Assembly: GCA_963787035.1 (NCBI GenBank)
Contig: CAWBBN010000015.1
Location: forward strand, 430,306 to 494,305
Length of the DNA stretch: 64,000 bases
Source: Vicinamibacteria bacterium
GTDB taxonomy: Bacteria > Acidobacteriota > Vicinamibacteria > Vicinamibacterales > JAENWD01
Reading direction: 5' to 3'
Positions 19,782 to 30,648 of the stretch are shown piece after piece (the first letter of the stretch is position 1; every line of letters starts with the position of its first letter). Position numbers and translations under genes: made by a program. The notes under the pieces are model-generated. The model worked only from the letters and a program-made list of their open reading frames with translations, was not told where the DNA came from and ran no database searches.

Positions 19782-20673
19782 ATGGCCACGCTGCGACTGG
19801 GAATTCCGAAGGGCTCACTGCAGGACGCGACGGTACAGCTGTTCGCGCGCGCCGGCTTCACGCTGAACGTCAACAGCCGGTCGTACTTCCCCACCGTGGA
19901 CGATCCCGAGCTCGAGTGCATGCTGATCCGCGCGCAGGAGATGGCCCGCTACGTCGCCGACGGCGTGCTCGACGCGGGCCTCACCGGCCAGGACTGGATT
20001 CGCGAGCACGAGGTCGGCCATCCGGAAGAAGCGCCGCTCGTCTCCATCTGCGACCTCATTTACGCGAAGCAGAGTTTCGGCAAGGTGCGTTGGGTGCTCG
20101 CCGTGCCCGAGGACTCGCCCTTTCAGCGCGCCGAGGATCTGGCCGGCAAGACGATCGCCACCGAGCTGGTCCGGGTGACGAAGGCGTACTTCGACGCCCG
20201 CAAGGTCGACGTCGACGTCGAGTTCTCGTGGGGCGCAACGGAAGTGAAGCCGCCGGTGCTCGCCGACGCGATCGTCGAGGCGACGGAAACCGGCTCGACG
20301 CTGCGCGCGAACCGGCTCCGCATCATCGACACGCTGATGGAGTCGAACACGCAGCTCATCGCCAACGAGAAGACCCTGGCCGACCCGTGGAAGAGGACAA
20401 AGCTCGACAACATCGCGCTGCTGCTCAAGGCGGCGATCGAGGCCCACGGCCGCGTCGGCCTGATGCTGAACGTCCGGCGCGCCGATCTGAGCGCGGTGCT
20501 GTCGCTCCTGCCCGCGCTGCAGCGGCCCACGATCTCTCCGCTGAGCGACGACGGAATGGGTCGCGGTCAACACGATCATCGAGGAAAAGACGGTGCGCGA
20601 TCTGATCCCGCGCCTGAAGCTCGCGGGCGGGCAGGGGATCGTGGAGTATCCGTTGAACAAGATCGTGGTCTGA
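19782..20673 (+). CDS. hisG: ATP phosphoribosyltransferase (long form); apparent frameshift near 20560
   Basis: [14 protein letters not shown]…. The C-terminal regulatory domain …[38 protein letters not shown] is in a different frame from the body. Confidence 0.8.
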
Positions 20674-20674
20674 G

Positions 20675-20728
20675 CGGTTCAGGGGTTCAGATCGGTTCAA
20701 GGTCGGTTCAGCCGGTTCTGAACCGAGT
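20675..20728. repeat. Tandem (C)GGTTCA hexamer array plus a small hairpin
   Basis: GCGGTTCAGGGGTTCAGATCGGTTCAAGGTCGGTTCAGCCGGTTCTGAACCGAG sits right after the hisG stop. Confidence 0.6.
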
Positions 20729-20784
20729 CAGACGTCGTAGCCGAACCTGCAGTATCGGCCGAACCGAGAACGCAGCTATGGGAC

Positions 20785-22026
20785 ATGTCCATTCGAATCG
20801 TTGATGCTTCGGACACGCGCGAGGTCGACGCGCTGCTGTCGCCGCGCCGCGCGGACGACCGCGCCGTGATGCGCCGCGTCAGCCGCATCGTCGACGCCGT
20901 GCGCGCGGAGGGCGACGCCGCGGTTCGACGGTTCGCGGCGCAGTTCGATGGCTTCGACGGGCCGTTCGAGATTCCCAGAGCCGCCTGGAAGGCCGACGCG
21001 CGCAAGGCGCCTCGCGACGTGCGGGCCGCGCTGAAAGTCGCCGCCGCCAACATCGCGCGCGTTGCAGAGGCACAGCGGCCGCTGTCGCGTCGCGTGCGTG
21101 TCGCGCCGGGCGTCACGGTCGAACAGCGGGTTCGTCCGCTCGATCGCGTCGGCTGTTACGTGCCCGGCGGACGCTATCCGCTGCCGTCGACGCTGCTGAT
21201 GACGGCAATTCCGGCGCGTGTCGCCGGAGTGCCGGAAATCGTCGCGGTCTGTCCGCGGCCCGAGCCGATCGTGCTCGCGGCGGCCGAAGCCGCGGGCGTC
21301 ACGCGGCTGTTCCGCCTCGGCGGCGCCCACGCCATTGCCGCTCTCGCTTTTGGCACGACGTCGATCCCGCGCGTGGATCGCATCGTCGGCCCGGGCAACA
21401 AGTACGTCGCCGCCGCGAAGAACTACGTCTCGAGCGAGGTCGGCATCGACATGCAGGCCGGTCCCAGCGAGATCCTGATCCTGTCCGACAGCGGTGACCC
21501 GGCGTGGCTCGCGGCCGACCTGATCGCGCAGGCGGAGCACGACCCGGACGCCCGCGCGCTGCTCATCACGACGAAGCGGCGTCTGGCCGCGGCAGTCGCG
21601 CGCGAAGTCGATCGACGCGTCCCTGACGAAGGGCCCGCGCGGGCATCGCTCGCGGCCAACGGCGGCATCATCGTCGCCAGGACCCGCGCGGAGATGATCG
21701 CGCTGGCGAATCGCATGGCGCCCGAGCATCTCGTGGTGGACGACGAGGCGACGGCGGCGGCCGTGAGCCGGGCGGGCGCCATCTTCGTCGGCGCGCACAC
21801 CGCGCAAGTCGCCGGCGACTACGCGATCGGGTCGAATCACGTGCTTCCCACCGGTGGGGCGGCCCGGTTTCGCGGCGGCCTCAGCACGGCTGATTTCGTG
21901 CGGGTCGTGTCGGTCCAGCGAGTGACGCGGGCGGGCCTGAGGCGCCTGGCGCCCACCGTCCGGACGCTCGCGCGCGCCGAAGGTCTCGTCTCGCACGAGG
22001 CATCCATCCGAGTGAGGGTTCCGTGA
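20785..22026 (+). CDS. hisD: Histidinol dehydrogenase
   Basis: 413-aa intact ORF. ...[27 protein letters not shown]...[13 protein letters not shown]...AQAEHDP.... Confidence 0.9.
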   Translation: MSIRIVDASDTREVDALLSPRRADDRAVMRRVSRIVDAVRAEGDAAVRRFAAQFDGFDGPFEIPRAAWKADARKAPRDVRAALKVAAANIARVAEAQRPLSRRVRVAPGVTVEQRVRPLDRVGCYVPGGRYPLPSTLLMTAIPARVAGVPEIVAVCPRPEPIVLAAAEAAGVTRLFRLGGAHAIAALAFGTTSIPRVDRIVGPGNKYVAAAKNYVSSEVGIDMQAGPSEILILSDSGDPAWLAADLIAQAEHDPDARALLITTKRRLAAAVAREVDRRVPDEGPARASLAANGGIIVARTRAEMIALANRMAPEHLVVDDEATAAAVSRAGAIFVGAHTAQVAGDYAIGSNHVLPTGGAARFRGGLSTADFVRVVSVQRVTRAGLRRLAPTVRTLARAEGLVSHEASIRVRVP

Positions 22027-23074
22027 GCGAAGGCTATAGCCGCCCCGCGCCGACGGGTGACGGGCTGCGACTGCACCTCAACGAAAACACCGCGGGCTGC
22101 TCGCCGAAGGTGCTCGAGGCGCTGGCCGCGCTCAGCGCCTCCGATGTCGCGTGCTATCCCGACTACGACGTCGTCTACCGCGAGACCGCGGCGTACCTGG
22201 GTGTGCCCGAGGAACGCCTGCTGCTCGTCAACGGGCTCGACGAAGGCATCCTGATGGCCACGCTGGTCGCGCTGCGCGGCCAGACGATGGACGGGAGGTC
22301 GGCGGAGTTCGTGGTGGTGACGCCGGCCTTCGACATGTATGCGATCACGGCGCGCGCGTGCGGCGGCGCCGTCGTGAACGCGGCGCCACGCGACGATTTC
22401 GAGTTCCCGCTCGAGAACGTCCTGAAGGCGATCACGCCCGCGCACCCGCCTCGTATTCGTGACGAGCCCGAACAACCCGACCGGCGTGCGGGTCACGAAC
22501 CGCGACATCGAGGCCGTCGCTCAGCGCTGTTCCTGCCGGCGCGCTCGTGTTCGTGGACGAGTGCTACCACGACTTCTGCGGCGACACCGCGCTGCCGCTC
22601 ATCGACGCGCATCCGAACATCATCGTCGGCCGGACGTTCGCGAAGTCGCAGGGGCTCGCGGCGCTTCGTGCCGGCGCGCTGATCGCCACGCCAGAGGCGC
22701 TCGGGCCGTTCAAGGCAGTGACCCCGCCCTACAGCCTGAACGTCGCCGCTGCCGTCGCGCTCCGCGCGGCGATCGCCGACGGCGCCCGGTTGCGCTGGTA
22801 CGTCGATCAGGTCGTGCGCTCTCGAGAGCTGATGTACGAATTCTGCGCGCGCCACGGCTTCGAGACCTGGCAGAGCGGCGCGAACTTCGTGCTCGCGCGC
22901 GTCGGCCCGCAGTCGGCCGCGATCACGGCGGCACTGAAAGCGCGCGGCATCTTCATCCGCGACAAGACGGGCGACCCGGGATGCGACGGCTGCATCCGGG
23001 TCACCACCGGCGTCGTCGCGGACACGGAACGCTGTCTCAACGCGATGGAGGACTTCCTGTGCGGCGCGCGGTAA
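22023..23074 (+). CDS. hisC: Histidinol-phosphate aminotransferase; two apparent frameshifts
   Basis: [12 protein letters not shown]… (frame 0), …[12 protein letters not shown]… (frame 1), then …[13 protein letters not shown]…[17 protein letters not shown]… (frame 2). The internal PLP Lys sits in the KSQGLA context. Confidence 0.75.
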
Positions 23075-23652
23075 TCGATCGGCGGACGACCGAGACGCAG
23101 ATTCTGCTGAAGCTGACGATCGAGGGGAAGGGCCGGTACGCGATCTCGACCGGCATCCGATTCCTCGATCACATGCTCGAGCTGTTCACGCGGCATGGCG
23201 CATTCGACTTGACGGTGAAGGCGACCGGCGATCTCGACGTCGATCAGCACCACACCGTCGAGGACCTCGGCATCGCGCTCGGCGAGGCCGTGAGCGCGGC
23301 GCTCGGCAATCGCCGCGGCATCAACCGCGCCGGCTATTTCGTCATGCCGATGGACGAGACGCTCGCGGTGGTCGCGCTCGATCTTGGCGGCCGACCGCAC
23401 GCGTCAGTGGACCTGAAGCTGAAGGTCGCGCGCGTCGGCGACCTGCAGGCGGAGCTGATTCACGATTTCTTCGAGGGCTTCGCCATCGGCGCGCGCGCCA
23501 ACGTCCACGCGAAGGTGCTCTACGGGCGCTCGAGCCATCATCACGTGGAGGCGGTCTTCAAGGCCTTCGCGCGAGCGTTGCGCGTCGCGTGCTCGAAGGA
23601 CAGGCAGCTGGCGAAGGCGCTGCCCAGTACCAAAGGACTCTGTAGCGCAGAC
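23059..23652 (+). CDS. hisB: Imidazoleglycerol-phosphate dehydratase; its 3' end reads in-frame through a REP hairpin into hisH
   Basis: GTG start overlaps the hisC end. ...[10 protein letters not shown]...[16 protein letters not shown]...[14 protein letters not shown]...[15 protein letters not shown].... No in-frame stop before the hisH ATG. Confidence 0.7.
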
Positions 23653-23703
23653 CTTCAGGTCTGCCCTTGGCACAGCGAAGCAGGCCTGAAGGCCTGCGCT
23701 ACA
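23641..23703. repeat. REP-like inverted repeat (family B) between hisB and hisH
   Basis: TGTAGCGCAGACCTTCAGGTCTGC…GCAGGCCTGAAGGCCTGCGCTACA. The left 25-mer is nearly identical to 46388-46412. Confidence 0.6.
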
Positions 23704-23709
23704 CACGAT

Positions 23710-24339
23710 ATGACCATTGCTCTTGTGGACTACGGCGCCGGGAATCTGACTTCAGTGAAGAAGGCATTCCTGCATCTCGGCGCCACGCTCGATGTGCCGG
23801 CGACGCCGGCCGATCTCGAGCGCGCTGCCGCGGTCGTCGTCCCTGGCGTCGGCCACTTCTCGGCGACGCGGACGCTCACGCCGGAATGGCACGCGGCCAT
23901 CCGCCGCAGCCTGGACGCCGGCCGTCCGCTGCTTGGCATCTGCGTCGGCATGCAGTGGCTTTATCAGGGAAGCACCGAAGCGCCCGACTGCCCGGGCCTC
24001 GGAGTGATCCCCGGAACCTGCGCGAGGCTGACCGGCGGCGTCGATCGCCTGAAAGTGCCGCACGTCGGCTGGAACACGCTGCGATTCCCCAGGGCGACGT
24101 CCCTGCTCGACGGCCTCGAACAGGACTCGAGCGTCTATTTCACGCACTCGTTTGCCGGCCCGGTGAACGGCGCGACCGCCGCCGTAGCCGAGTACGGCGA
24201 GCCGTTCGCGGCCGCGGTCGAGGACGGCCTCGTGATGGGCGTGCAGTTCCACCCGGAGAAGTCCGGCGACACGGGCCTCCAGATCCTGTCCAACTTCCTG
24301 CGGCGCGTCGCCGACGGCGTCGCCATGGCGCGAGGCTGA
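23710..24339 (+). CDS. hisH: Imidazole glycerol phosphate synthase, glutamine amidotransferase subunit
   Basis: [13 protein letters not shown]...GICVGMQWL (catalytic Cys)...VQFHPEKSG. Confidence 0.85.
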   Translation: MTIALVDYGAGNLTSVKKAFLHLGATLDVPATPADLERAAAVVVPGVGHFSATRTLTPEWHAAIRRSLDAGRPLLGICVGMQWLYQGSTEAPDCPGLGVIPGTCARLTGGVDRLKVPHVGWNTLRFPRATSLLDGLEQDSSVYFTHSFAGPVNGATAAVAEYGEPFAAAVEDGLVMGVQFHPEKSGDTGLQILSNFLRRVADGVAMARG

Positions 24340-24340
24340 C

Positions 24341-25111
24341 ATGCTGGCGCGGCGCATCATCGCCTGCCTCGACGTGCGCGACGGACAGGTCGTGAAGGGC
24401 GTGAAGTTCGAGGGCCTGCGCTCGGCCGGAGAGCCGGCGGCGCTGGCTCGCCGGTACAACGAAGAAGGCATCGACGAGCTCGTGATTCTCGACGTCACCG
24501 CGACAATCGAGAAGCGTCGCGCGCTGGCCGCGACGGTTGGCGCTGTCGCGCGCGAGCTGTTCATCCCGCTGTCGGTCGGCGGCGGGATCAAGGACGAGGG
24601 CGACGCGGCCGCCGCGATCGAGGCCGGCGCCGACAAAGTCAGCCTCAACACCGCGCCGCTGGCCGATCCGGACCTGATCACGCGGCTCGCGAACAGGTAC
24701 GGCAGCCAGGCGGTGATTGTGGCCATCGACGCGAAGCGCGCGGGCAGCGGCTACGCGGTCTACTCGCGCAGCGGGACGACCGCCGCCGCGCGCGACGCGG
24801 TCGAGTGGGCGCGCGAGGCCGAATCGCGCGGCGCCGGCGAAATCCTGCTCACGTCGATCGATCGCGACGGCACGAAGGCCGGGTTCGACTGCGAGATGAC
24901 TGCCGCGGTCTCGGCCGCAGTGAACATCCCGGTGATCGCCTCAGGGGGCGCCGGCACCTTCGATCACTTCGTAGACGTCTTCACCGCCGGCCGCGCGGAC
25001 GCCGCGCTGGCGGCGTCGATCTTTCACTACTCGGAACACGCCGTCGCGGACTTGAAGTCGCATCTCCAGGCGCGCGGCATCCCGATGCGTCTGACGGGAA
25101 AGCCCGGTTAG
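24341..25111 (+). CDS. hisF: Imidazole glycerol phosphate synthase, cyclase subunit
   Basis: 256 aa, intact. [16 protein letters not shown]...PLSVGGGI...IASGGAG. Confidence 0.9.
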   Translation: MLARRIIACLDVRDGQVVKGVKFEGLRSAGEPAALARRYNEEGIDELVILDVTATIEKRRALAATVGAVARELFIPLSVGGGIKDEGDAAAAIEAGADKVSLNTAPLADPDLITRLANRYGSQAVIVAIDAKRAGSGYAVYSRSGTTAAARDAVEWAREAESRGAGEILLTSIDRDGTKAGFDCEMTAAVSAAVNIPVIASGGAGTFDHFVDVFTAGRADAALAASIFHYSEHAVADLKSHLQARGIPMRLTGKPG

Positions 25112-25190
25112 TCGGTTCGCCGGTTTGACCGGTTCTTCCGGTTCGACCGACAACCGACAAACCGATCAACCGTCGAACCGTCCAACCGAT
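25112..25190. repeat. CCGGTT / AACCG imperfect palindromic repeat array between hisF and hisA
   Basis: GGTTCGCCGGTTTGACCGGTTCTTCCGGTTCGACCGACAACCGACAAACCGATCAACCGTCGAACCGTCCAACCGA. Confidence 0.55.
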
Positions 25191-25194
25191 TCCC

Positions 25195-25869
25195 ATGCTC
25201 ATCCCCTCCATCGACCTCCGCGGCGGCAAAGTGGTTCAGCTCGTCCAGGGCGAGCGTCTCGCCCTCGAAGACGCCGACCTCGACGCGTGGATCCGCCGCT
25301 TCGCGTCGTTCCCGAAGCTGCAGCTGATCGACCTCGACGCCGCGATTGGCACCGGAAGCAACGACGCGCTCGTTCGGCACGTCTGCGCGGCAAGACCGTG
25401 TCGGGTCGGCGGCGGCATCCGCACGCTCGGGCGCGCACTGGACGTCCTGGCGGCCGGAGCGACGCATGTCATCGTCGGCTCGTCGCTGTTTCGCGACGGG
25501 CAGCCGGATCTCGAGTTCGCCGACATGCTCGCGCGTGAGCTGGGCGCCGAACGCGTGATCGCCGCCATCGACGCCAAGGGCGGCCGAGTCGCCGTGAAGG
25601 GCTGGCGCGAGACGGTCCCGCTGTCAGCGGCCGACGCCGCCCGCGCGCTCGAGCCGTACTGCTCGGAGTTCCTCTACACGCACGTGGACAAGGAAGGCCT
25701 CATGCAGGGCACCGACATGGGGGCCATTCGAACCGTCCGCGACGCCACCAGCCGGCGCGTCGTCGCCGCCGGCGGGATCACGACGCAGGAAGAGATCGAC
25801 GAGCTCGAGGGGATGGGCGTCGACGCCGTCGTGGGGATGGCGATTTATACAGGTCGGTTGAAGATCTGA
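25195..25869 (+). CDS. hisA: ProFAR isomerase
   Basis: 224 aa, intact. MLIPSIDLRGGKVVQLVQG...VGGGIRT...AAGGITT. Confidence 0.9.
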   Translation: MLIPSIDLRGGKVVQLVQGERLALEDADLDAWIRRFASFPKLQLIDLDAAIGTGSNDALVRHVCAARPCRVGGGIRTLGRALDVLAAGATHVIVGSSLFRDGQPDLEFADMLARELGAERVIAAIDAKGGRVAVKGWRETVPLSAADAARALEPYCSEFLYTHVDKEGLMQGTDMGAIRTVRDATSRRVVAAGGITTQEEIDELEGMGVDAVVGMAIYTGRLKI

Positions 25870-25967
25870 AGTTCAGGGTGCAGCGGGTGCAGGGCGTGCA
25901 GCAGCACGTAGGCGCGCGACTGCAGTCGCGCACTGCGGCGAACTGCAGTTCAGCCCTAGCGCACCGT

Positions 25968-28605
25968 CTAGTCCGCGCGCAGCGCCTCGACCGGATTCGT
26001 CTTCGTCGCGCTGAGCGCTGGGCCGAGCGCCGCGAGGACGGTCAGCACGAGCATCGCCCCGCCTGCGACAGCAAACGTCCACCCATCGCGCGGTGACACG
26101 CCGAAGAGCAGCGTCTCCAGCACGCGCGACGAGGCGAGCGCGACGAGCAGGCCGCCGACAAGGCCCACTCCGGCGAACCACAAGCCTTGTCGCACGACGA
26201 GTCCCAGCACCTGCCCGCGCGCGGCGCCGAGCGCGACGCGGATCCCGAGCTCGCGCGATCGCTGGCGGACGCTCCACGTGAGCACGCCGTAGGCGCCGAC
26301 GAGCGCGAGCACGGTCGCGGCGCCGGCAAAGAGCAGGATCATCGCCAGGATGAATCGCCGCTGGCCATTCGCCGCTGACGCGATCTCGTCGAGCGTGCGC
26401 ACTTCGGCAAGCGGCAGTTCCGCATCGAGCGACCGCAGCAGCCGCCGCACGTCAGCCGTCATCGCGGACGGATCGCCCGCTGTTCGCACGACGAGCGCCA
26501 TCTCCGAGAACGGAATCTGCGAGTGCGGGAACCAGAATGCGGGCACGGCGGACGCGTCGGCCGGCGAGTCCTTGATGTCGTTGACGACGCCGACGATCGT
26601 CCGCTTCTCGCCCCAGAGATCGGCCTGATGGCCAAGAGGATCGACCTTTCCGAAGAACTTCGTCGCGAGCGCGTGATTGACGACGAGCACTTTCGGCGCA
26701 TCGCTGCGGTCGCGCTCGTCGAACACGCGACCTTCGATGGCCGAGACGCCCAGCGCTGTGAAGTACCCGGGCGTCGCGACGTGATACCTGGCCGAATTGT
26801 CGTTCGGGGTCCTTCAGATCGACGAGCGTGAAGTCGCTGTTCTCGTCGTAGCCGGTCCACGGCAGGTCGCTGCCCGCGCCGGCCGCGGTGACCCCGGGCA
26901 GTGTCGCCATCGTCCTGACGAGCGACGAGTAGAACTCGGCACGGCGATCGTTGTCCTTGTATCGCGGCGAGATCGTGGCGAGCCTCGCGGTGAGGGCGCC
27001 CTGCGGCCTGAAGCCCGCCGGCGCGTGCTGCAGCGCCATGAAACTGCGCGCGAGCAGCCCCGCGGTGATGAGCAGCGCCGAGGCCAGGGCAATCTCGCCG
27101 ACGACCAGTGCATTCCTCAGCCGCGCCGTTCGTCGGCCGCCGCTCGTCCGGGTGCCTCCGTCATGCAGCGCCGGCCGCACGTCATCCGTGGCTTCATGCC
27201 ACGCGGGCAGCAGACCGAAGAGCGCCGCCGACGCGCAGGCGACGAGCGCCGAGAACGCCAGGACGGTCCAATCCACGTGCACGTTGTGCAGTCGCGGAAA
27301 GTCCGCCGGCAGCACCGCGCGCAGGAAGCGGACGCCGCCAATCGTCAGCGCGAAGCCGCACGCCGTCCCCGGAAGCGCGAGCAGGAGGGACTCGGCCAGC
27401 GATTGCCTGACGAGACGTCCCCGTCCAGCGCCGAGCGCGAAGCGGACGGCCCGCTCGCCACGACGGCCGGCGCCCTTCGCCAGCAGCAGGCTCGACACGT
27501 TGGCGCACGTGATCAGCATCACGAGCGCGCTGGCGAACATCAGCAGGCGGATGCCGTCGGACGAGGCCCCGACGACGTCGGTGAGGAGCGGCACGGCGCG
27601 AATGCCCCAGATGTTCTCGTTGGCCGCGGCCGCGCGCTTCGAGAGCCCCGCCAGGTCGGCTCTCGGCCTGTGCCGCGGTGACGCCGGGCTTCAGCCGCGC
27701 GATGGCGTTCGTGTAGTGCGCGTTGCGCTCGTTGGGCGAGCTGGCGTCCTCGAGAGGCAGGGGCCACCAGACGTCGACGCTTTCGTCCCTGCGGGAAGCT
27801 GCGGTAGCTGCCGCCGACGTGCTCGAATCGCTCAGGCACGACCCCGACGACGGTGAATGGCCGCCCGCTCAGGCGGACTTGCCGGCCAAGCACCGTGGGG
27901 TCGGCATCGAAGCGGCGCCGCCACAGCGCGTCGCTGATGACGACGACGCCGGCGTCGCTGCGCTCTTCGGCCCAGGTGAACCCGCGGCCGAGCGCCGGGC
28001 CCATGCCCAGCACGGTGAAGTAGTTCGCCGAGACCTGCAGGCCGCGCAGCGCTTCAGGGCGATCCTCGAGCGAGAGCTGCAAATCCGCGCGCGTGAAGCC
28101 GGCGATGCCGTCCAGGGTGCGGTTGTCGTGGCGATACGAGAGCAGCGTGTGCTTGCGCACCGGGAACGTGGGGACTTCCGGCAGCGACTCGTAGATTCGG
28201 ACGAGGCGATCCGGCGCCGGGTACGGCAAGGGCGACAGCAGAACACCGTCGAGGAGGCTGAAGATCGTGGCTGTGGCGCTGATACCGATCGCCAGCGTCA
28301 GCAGCGCCACGGCCGTGAAGCCTGGATCGCGGCGAAGCATGCGCGCGGCATACACCGGTGTCCTGCCGCAACTGGTCGACCCACGGCAGTCCCCGCTGGT
28401 CGCGCACCGACTCGGTGACCTGATCGGCGCCGCCCAGTCTCATCGCTGCCCGGCGGCGCGCGTCTTCCGGGGCCGCGCCGCGCCGGCGTTCGAGCTGCTC
28501 CTGCATGTCGAGGTGAAACGCCAGCTCGTCGCGCATCTCGTCGTCGCGACGGCCGCCGCCAATCGATCCGATGAGTCGCGAGAACCACGCGATCAGTCGG
28601 CGCAT
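25968..28605 (-). CDS. ADOP-type ABC permease (MacB_PCD + FtsX duplicated); multiple frame switches
   Basis: N-terminus MRRLIAWFSRLIGSIGGGRRDDEMRDELAFHLDMQEQLE (the canonical ADOP start) lies immediately after the padR stop. FtsX-like TM segments appear in ORFs 27540-28355, 26452-27594 and 25968-26726. Confidence 0.65.
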
Positions 28606-28607
28606 GG

Positions 28608-28943
28608 CTACTCCTCCGATCCCAGCAGGCGGTTGATGACGCCGGCGACGAGCGTCCACTGCTGGCGCTCCTCGGCGAGCTGCCGGCGGCCGGCCGGCGT
28701 GATGCTGTAGAACCGCGCGCGCCGGTTGTTCTCGGAGGTGCCGAGCTTCGACTTGATGAGCCGGCGCTGCTCGAGCCGGAGGAGCGCCGGGTAGAGCGTC
28801 CCCTGGTTGATGCGCAGGACGTCTTCGGAGACCTGCTCGAGCCGCTGGGCGATGCCCCAGCCGTGCATGGGCCCGAGCGTATCGAGCGTGCGGAGCACCA
28901 TCAGGTCGAGCGTGCCCTGGATCACATCGGCGCGTGGGGACAT
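28608..28943 (-). CDS. PadR-family transcriptional regulator
   Basis: 111 aa. ...GTLDLMVLRTL...HGWGIAQRL...INQGTLYPALLRLEQRRLI.... Confidence 0.8.
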   Translation of the reverse strand: MSPRADVIQGTLDLMVLRTLDTLGPMHGWGIAQRLEQVSEDVLRINQGTLYPALLRLEQRRLIKSKLGTSENNRRARFYSITPAGRRQLAEERQQWTLVAGVINRLLGSEE

Positions 28944-29152
28944 GGATCGACTCCTGTTGAGCGTCTAGAGGACTATACGAGAGTCTCCTCTGGATGTTCA
29001 ACAGGAGGGCGGTGCTGCAGGGCCGGCTCAGCTGCCGTTGTTCGCGGCGAGGCCCGGTCTTCGACTGGCGGGGGCCACGGCGCTTCGCTCGTGGCGGGGC
29101 CGCGGCTTCGCGCGGCACGGCGGCACTGCAGCACTGCGGCACTGCAGCACTG

Positions 29153-30475
29153 TTAGCGTCTCCTGCTCAGCCTCCTCACCATGGCCCTGACGGTCCCGCC
29201 GGGGTCCCGTGCGGCGCCTCGACCCACCTGGCCGAGCAGGCGCGCGGCCGCGGCGGCGTTGCCGCCGGCCGCCTTCAGGGCCTCGTCCAGCGCCGTCCGC
29301 TCGAGCGACTCGATTTCCTCGCGCAGGTTCAGCGTGCCCTGGCGGACGCGACGGGCGATCTCGGAGTCGGCGGCGGCGCCACGGCCGGCCGATCGTTTCA
29401 GCACGCGCGCCGGAAGATCGGCGAGCAGGATCTCCGTGCCGGCACGCTTGTACACGAGGGTTTCGTAGATCACGTTCCTCAGCTCGCGGATGTTGCCGGG
29501 CCACGCGTACGCCTGGAGCGCGCGAACGACCTGCGGACCCAGCGTCATCGGCCCGCTCCGCTGCTGCTCGCGGACGAACCGCGCGGCGAACTGCAGCGCG
29601 AGCTCCTCGACGTCCTCGGGACGCTCGCGGAGCGGCGGCAGCCGGATCGTCACGATCGCCAGGCGGGCGTAGAGGTCTTCGCCGAAGAGACCCTGCGCGG
29701 CGAGCGCCGCGAGATCGCGATTCGTGGCCGCCAGCAGGCGGAAGTCCACTTCGTGCCACTCGTTCTGTCCGAGACGGCTGACCACGCGGTCTTCGAGGAC
29801 CCGGAGGAGCTTGACCTGCGTCTCGAGCGGCGTGTCGTCGATCTCGTCGAGAAAGACCGTGCCGCCCTGCGCGGCCATCAGCTGGCCGTCGTACTGCTGC
29901 ACGGCGCCGGAGAACGCCCCGCGCGCGTAGCCGAACAGCTCGGCCTCCATCAAGTCGTTCGGGATGGCGCCGCAGTTGATCGGAATGAACGGCTTCGGCC
30001 GACGCGCGGACCACGCGTGAATCGTGCGCGCCATGATCTCCTTGCCCGTGCCTGTCTCTCCGAGGAGCAGCACCGGCATCGACGTGGCGGCGACGCGCGC
30101 CACCTGCGCCACCAGCGTCCGCGAGACGGCGCTGCGCGTGACGAGCACGTCGTTCTCCGGTGGCGCCGGCAGCGGCGACTGAAGCTCCGTCAGCCGTCGG
30201 AGCAGGCGTGCAACGGCGCCTGGCTCGCGGAGCGCGATGGCGTCGTAGGCGCCGCGCGAGGCGGCCTCGATGGCCGCCGCGTCGCCGATGCGGCCCGATG
30301 TCACCCAGAGCCACGGGAGACCGCCGGCCGGCGCCCGCGGCACGCGTCGCGCCTCCGCGCTCGCCACGACGATCGCGTCGGCGTCCGGGAGGGATCGCGC
30401 GAGACGGATGTCTGCCGCTTCCAGGACGCGGCGCAGCGCGCGGTCAGGCCGCGGGCCATGCCAGGCGATCTTCAT
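29153..30475 (-). CDS. Sigma-54-dependent transcriptional activator (bEBP, NtrC/Fis family)
   Basis: 440 aa, intact. Walker A GETGTGKE. GAFSGA variant of the GAFTGA sigma-54 contact loop. C-terminal Fis-type HTH. The N-terminal domain is receiver-like but degenerate. Confidence 0.85.
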   Translation of the reverse strand: MKIAWHGPRPDRALRRVLEAADIRLARSLPDADAIVVASAEARRVPRAPAGGLPWLWVTSGRIGDAAAIEAASRGAYDAIALREPGAVARLLRRLTELQSPLPAPPENDVLVTRSAVSRTLVAQVARVAATSMPVLLLGETGTGKEIMARTIHAWSARRPKPFIPINCGAIPNDLMEAELFGYARGAFSGAVQQYDGQLMAAQGGTVFLDEIDDTPLETQVKLLRVLEDRVVSRLGQNEWHEVDFRLLAATNRDLAALAAQGLFGEDLYARLAIVTIRLPPLRERPEDVEELALQFAARFVREQQRSGPMTLGPQVVRALQAYAWPGNIRELRNVIYETLVYKRAGTEILLADLPARVLKRSAGRGAAADSEIARRVRQGTLNLREEIESLERTALDEALKAAGGNAAAAARLLGQVGRGAARDPGGTVRAMVRRLSRRR

Positions 30476-30566
30476 AACGTCATTTTATTCGTGTTATTAC
30501 ATCATTTTGATCGCTATTTGCTGCGAGCGCGGCCTAAATCGCTCGGAAAACGGCGCGGCTTTCGCC

Positions 30567-30582
30567 TGGCCCACGCGATGCA
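30567..30582 (+). promoter_or_regulatory. Candidate sigma-54 (-24/-12) promoter TGGCCCACGCGATGCA upstream of the flotillin gene
   Basis: GG-N10-GC spacing matches the TGGCAC-N5-TTGCW consensus at 6 of the key positions. It is ~65 bp upstream of the ATG at 30649, in the divergent region next to the bEBP gene. An AT-rich tract (30476-30530) precedes it. Confidence 0.35.
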
Positions 30583-30648
30583 CCTGGTCTGTGCTGCTCG
30601 CCGGCCGCGGAATCGGTCCCGGCCGTCACTCGGAAAGGCAGATGTCAG

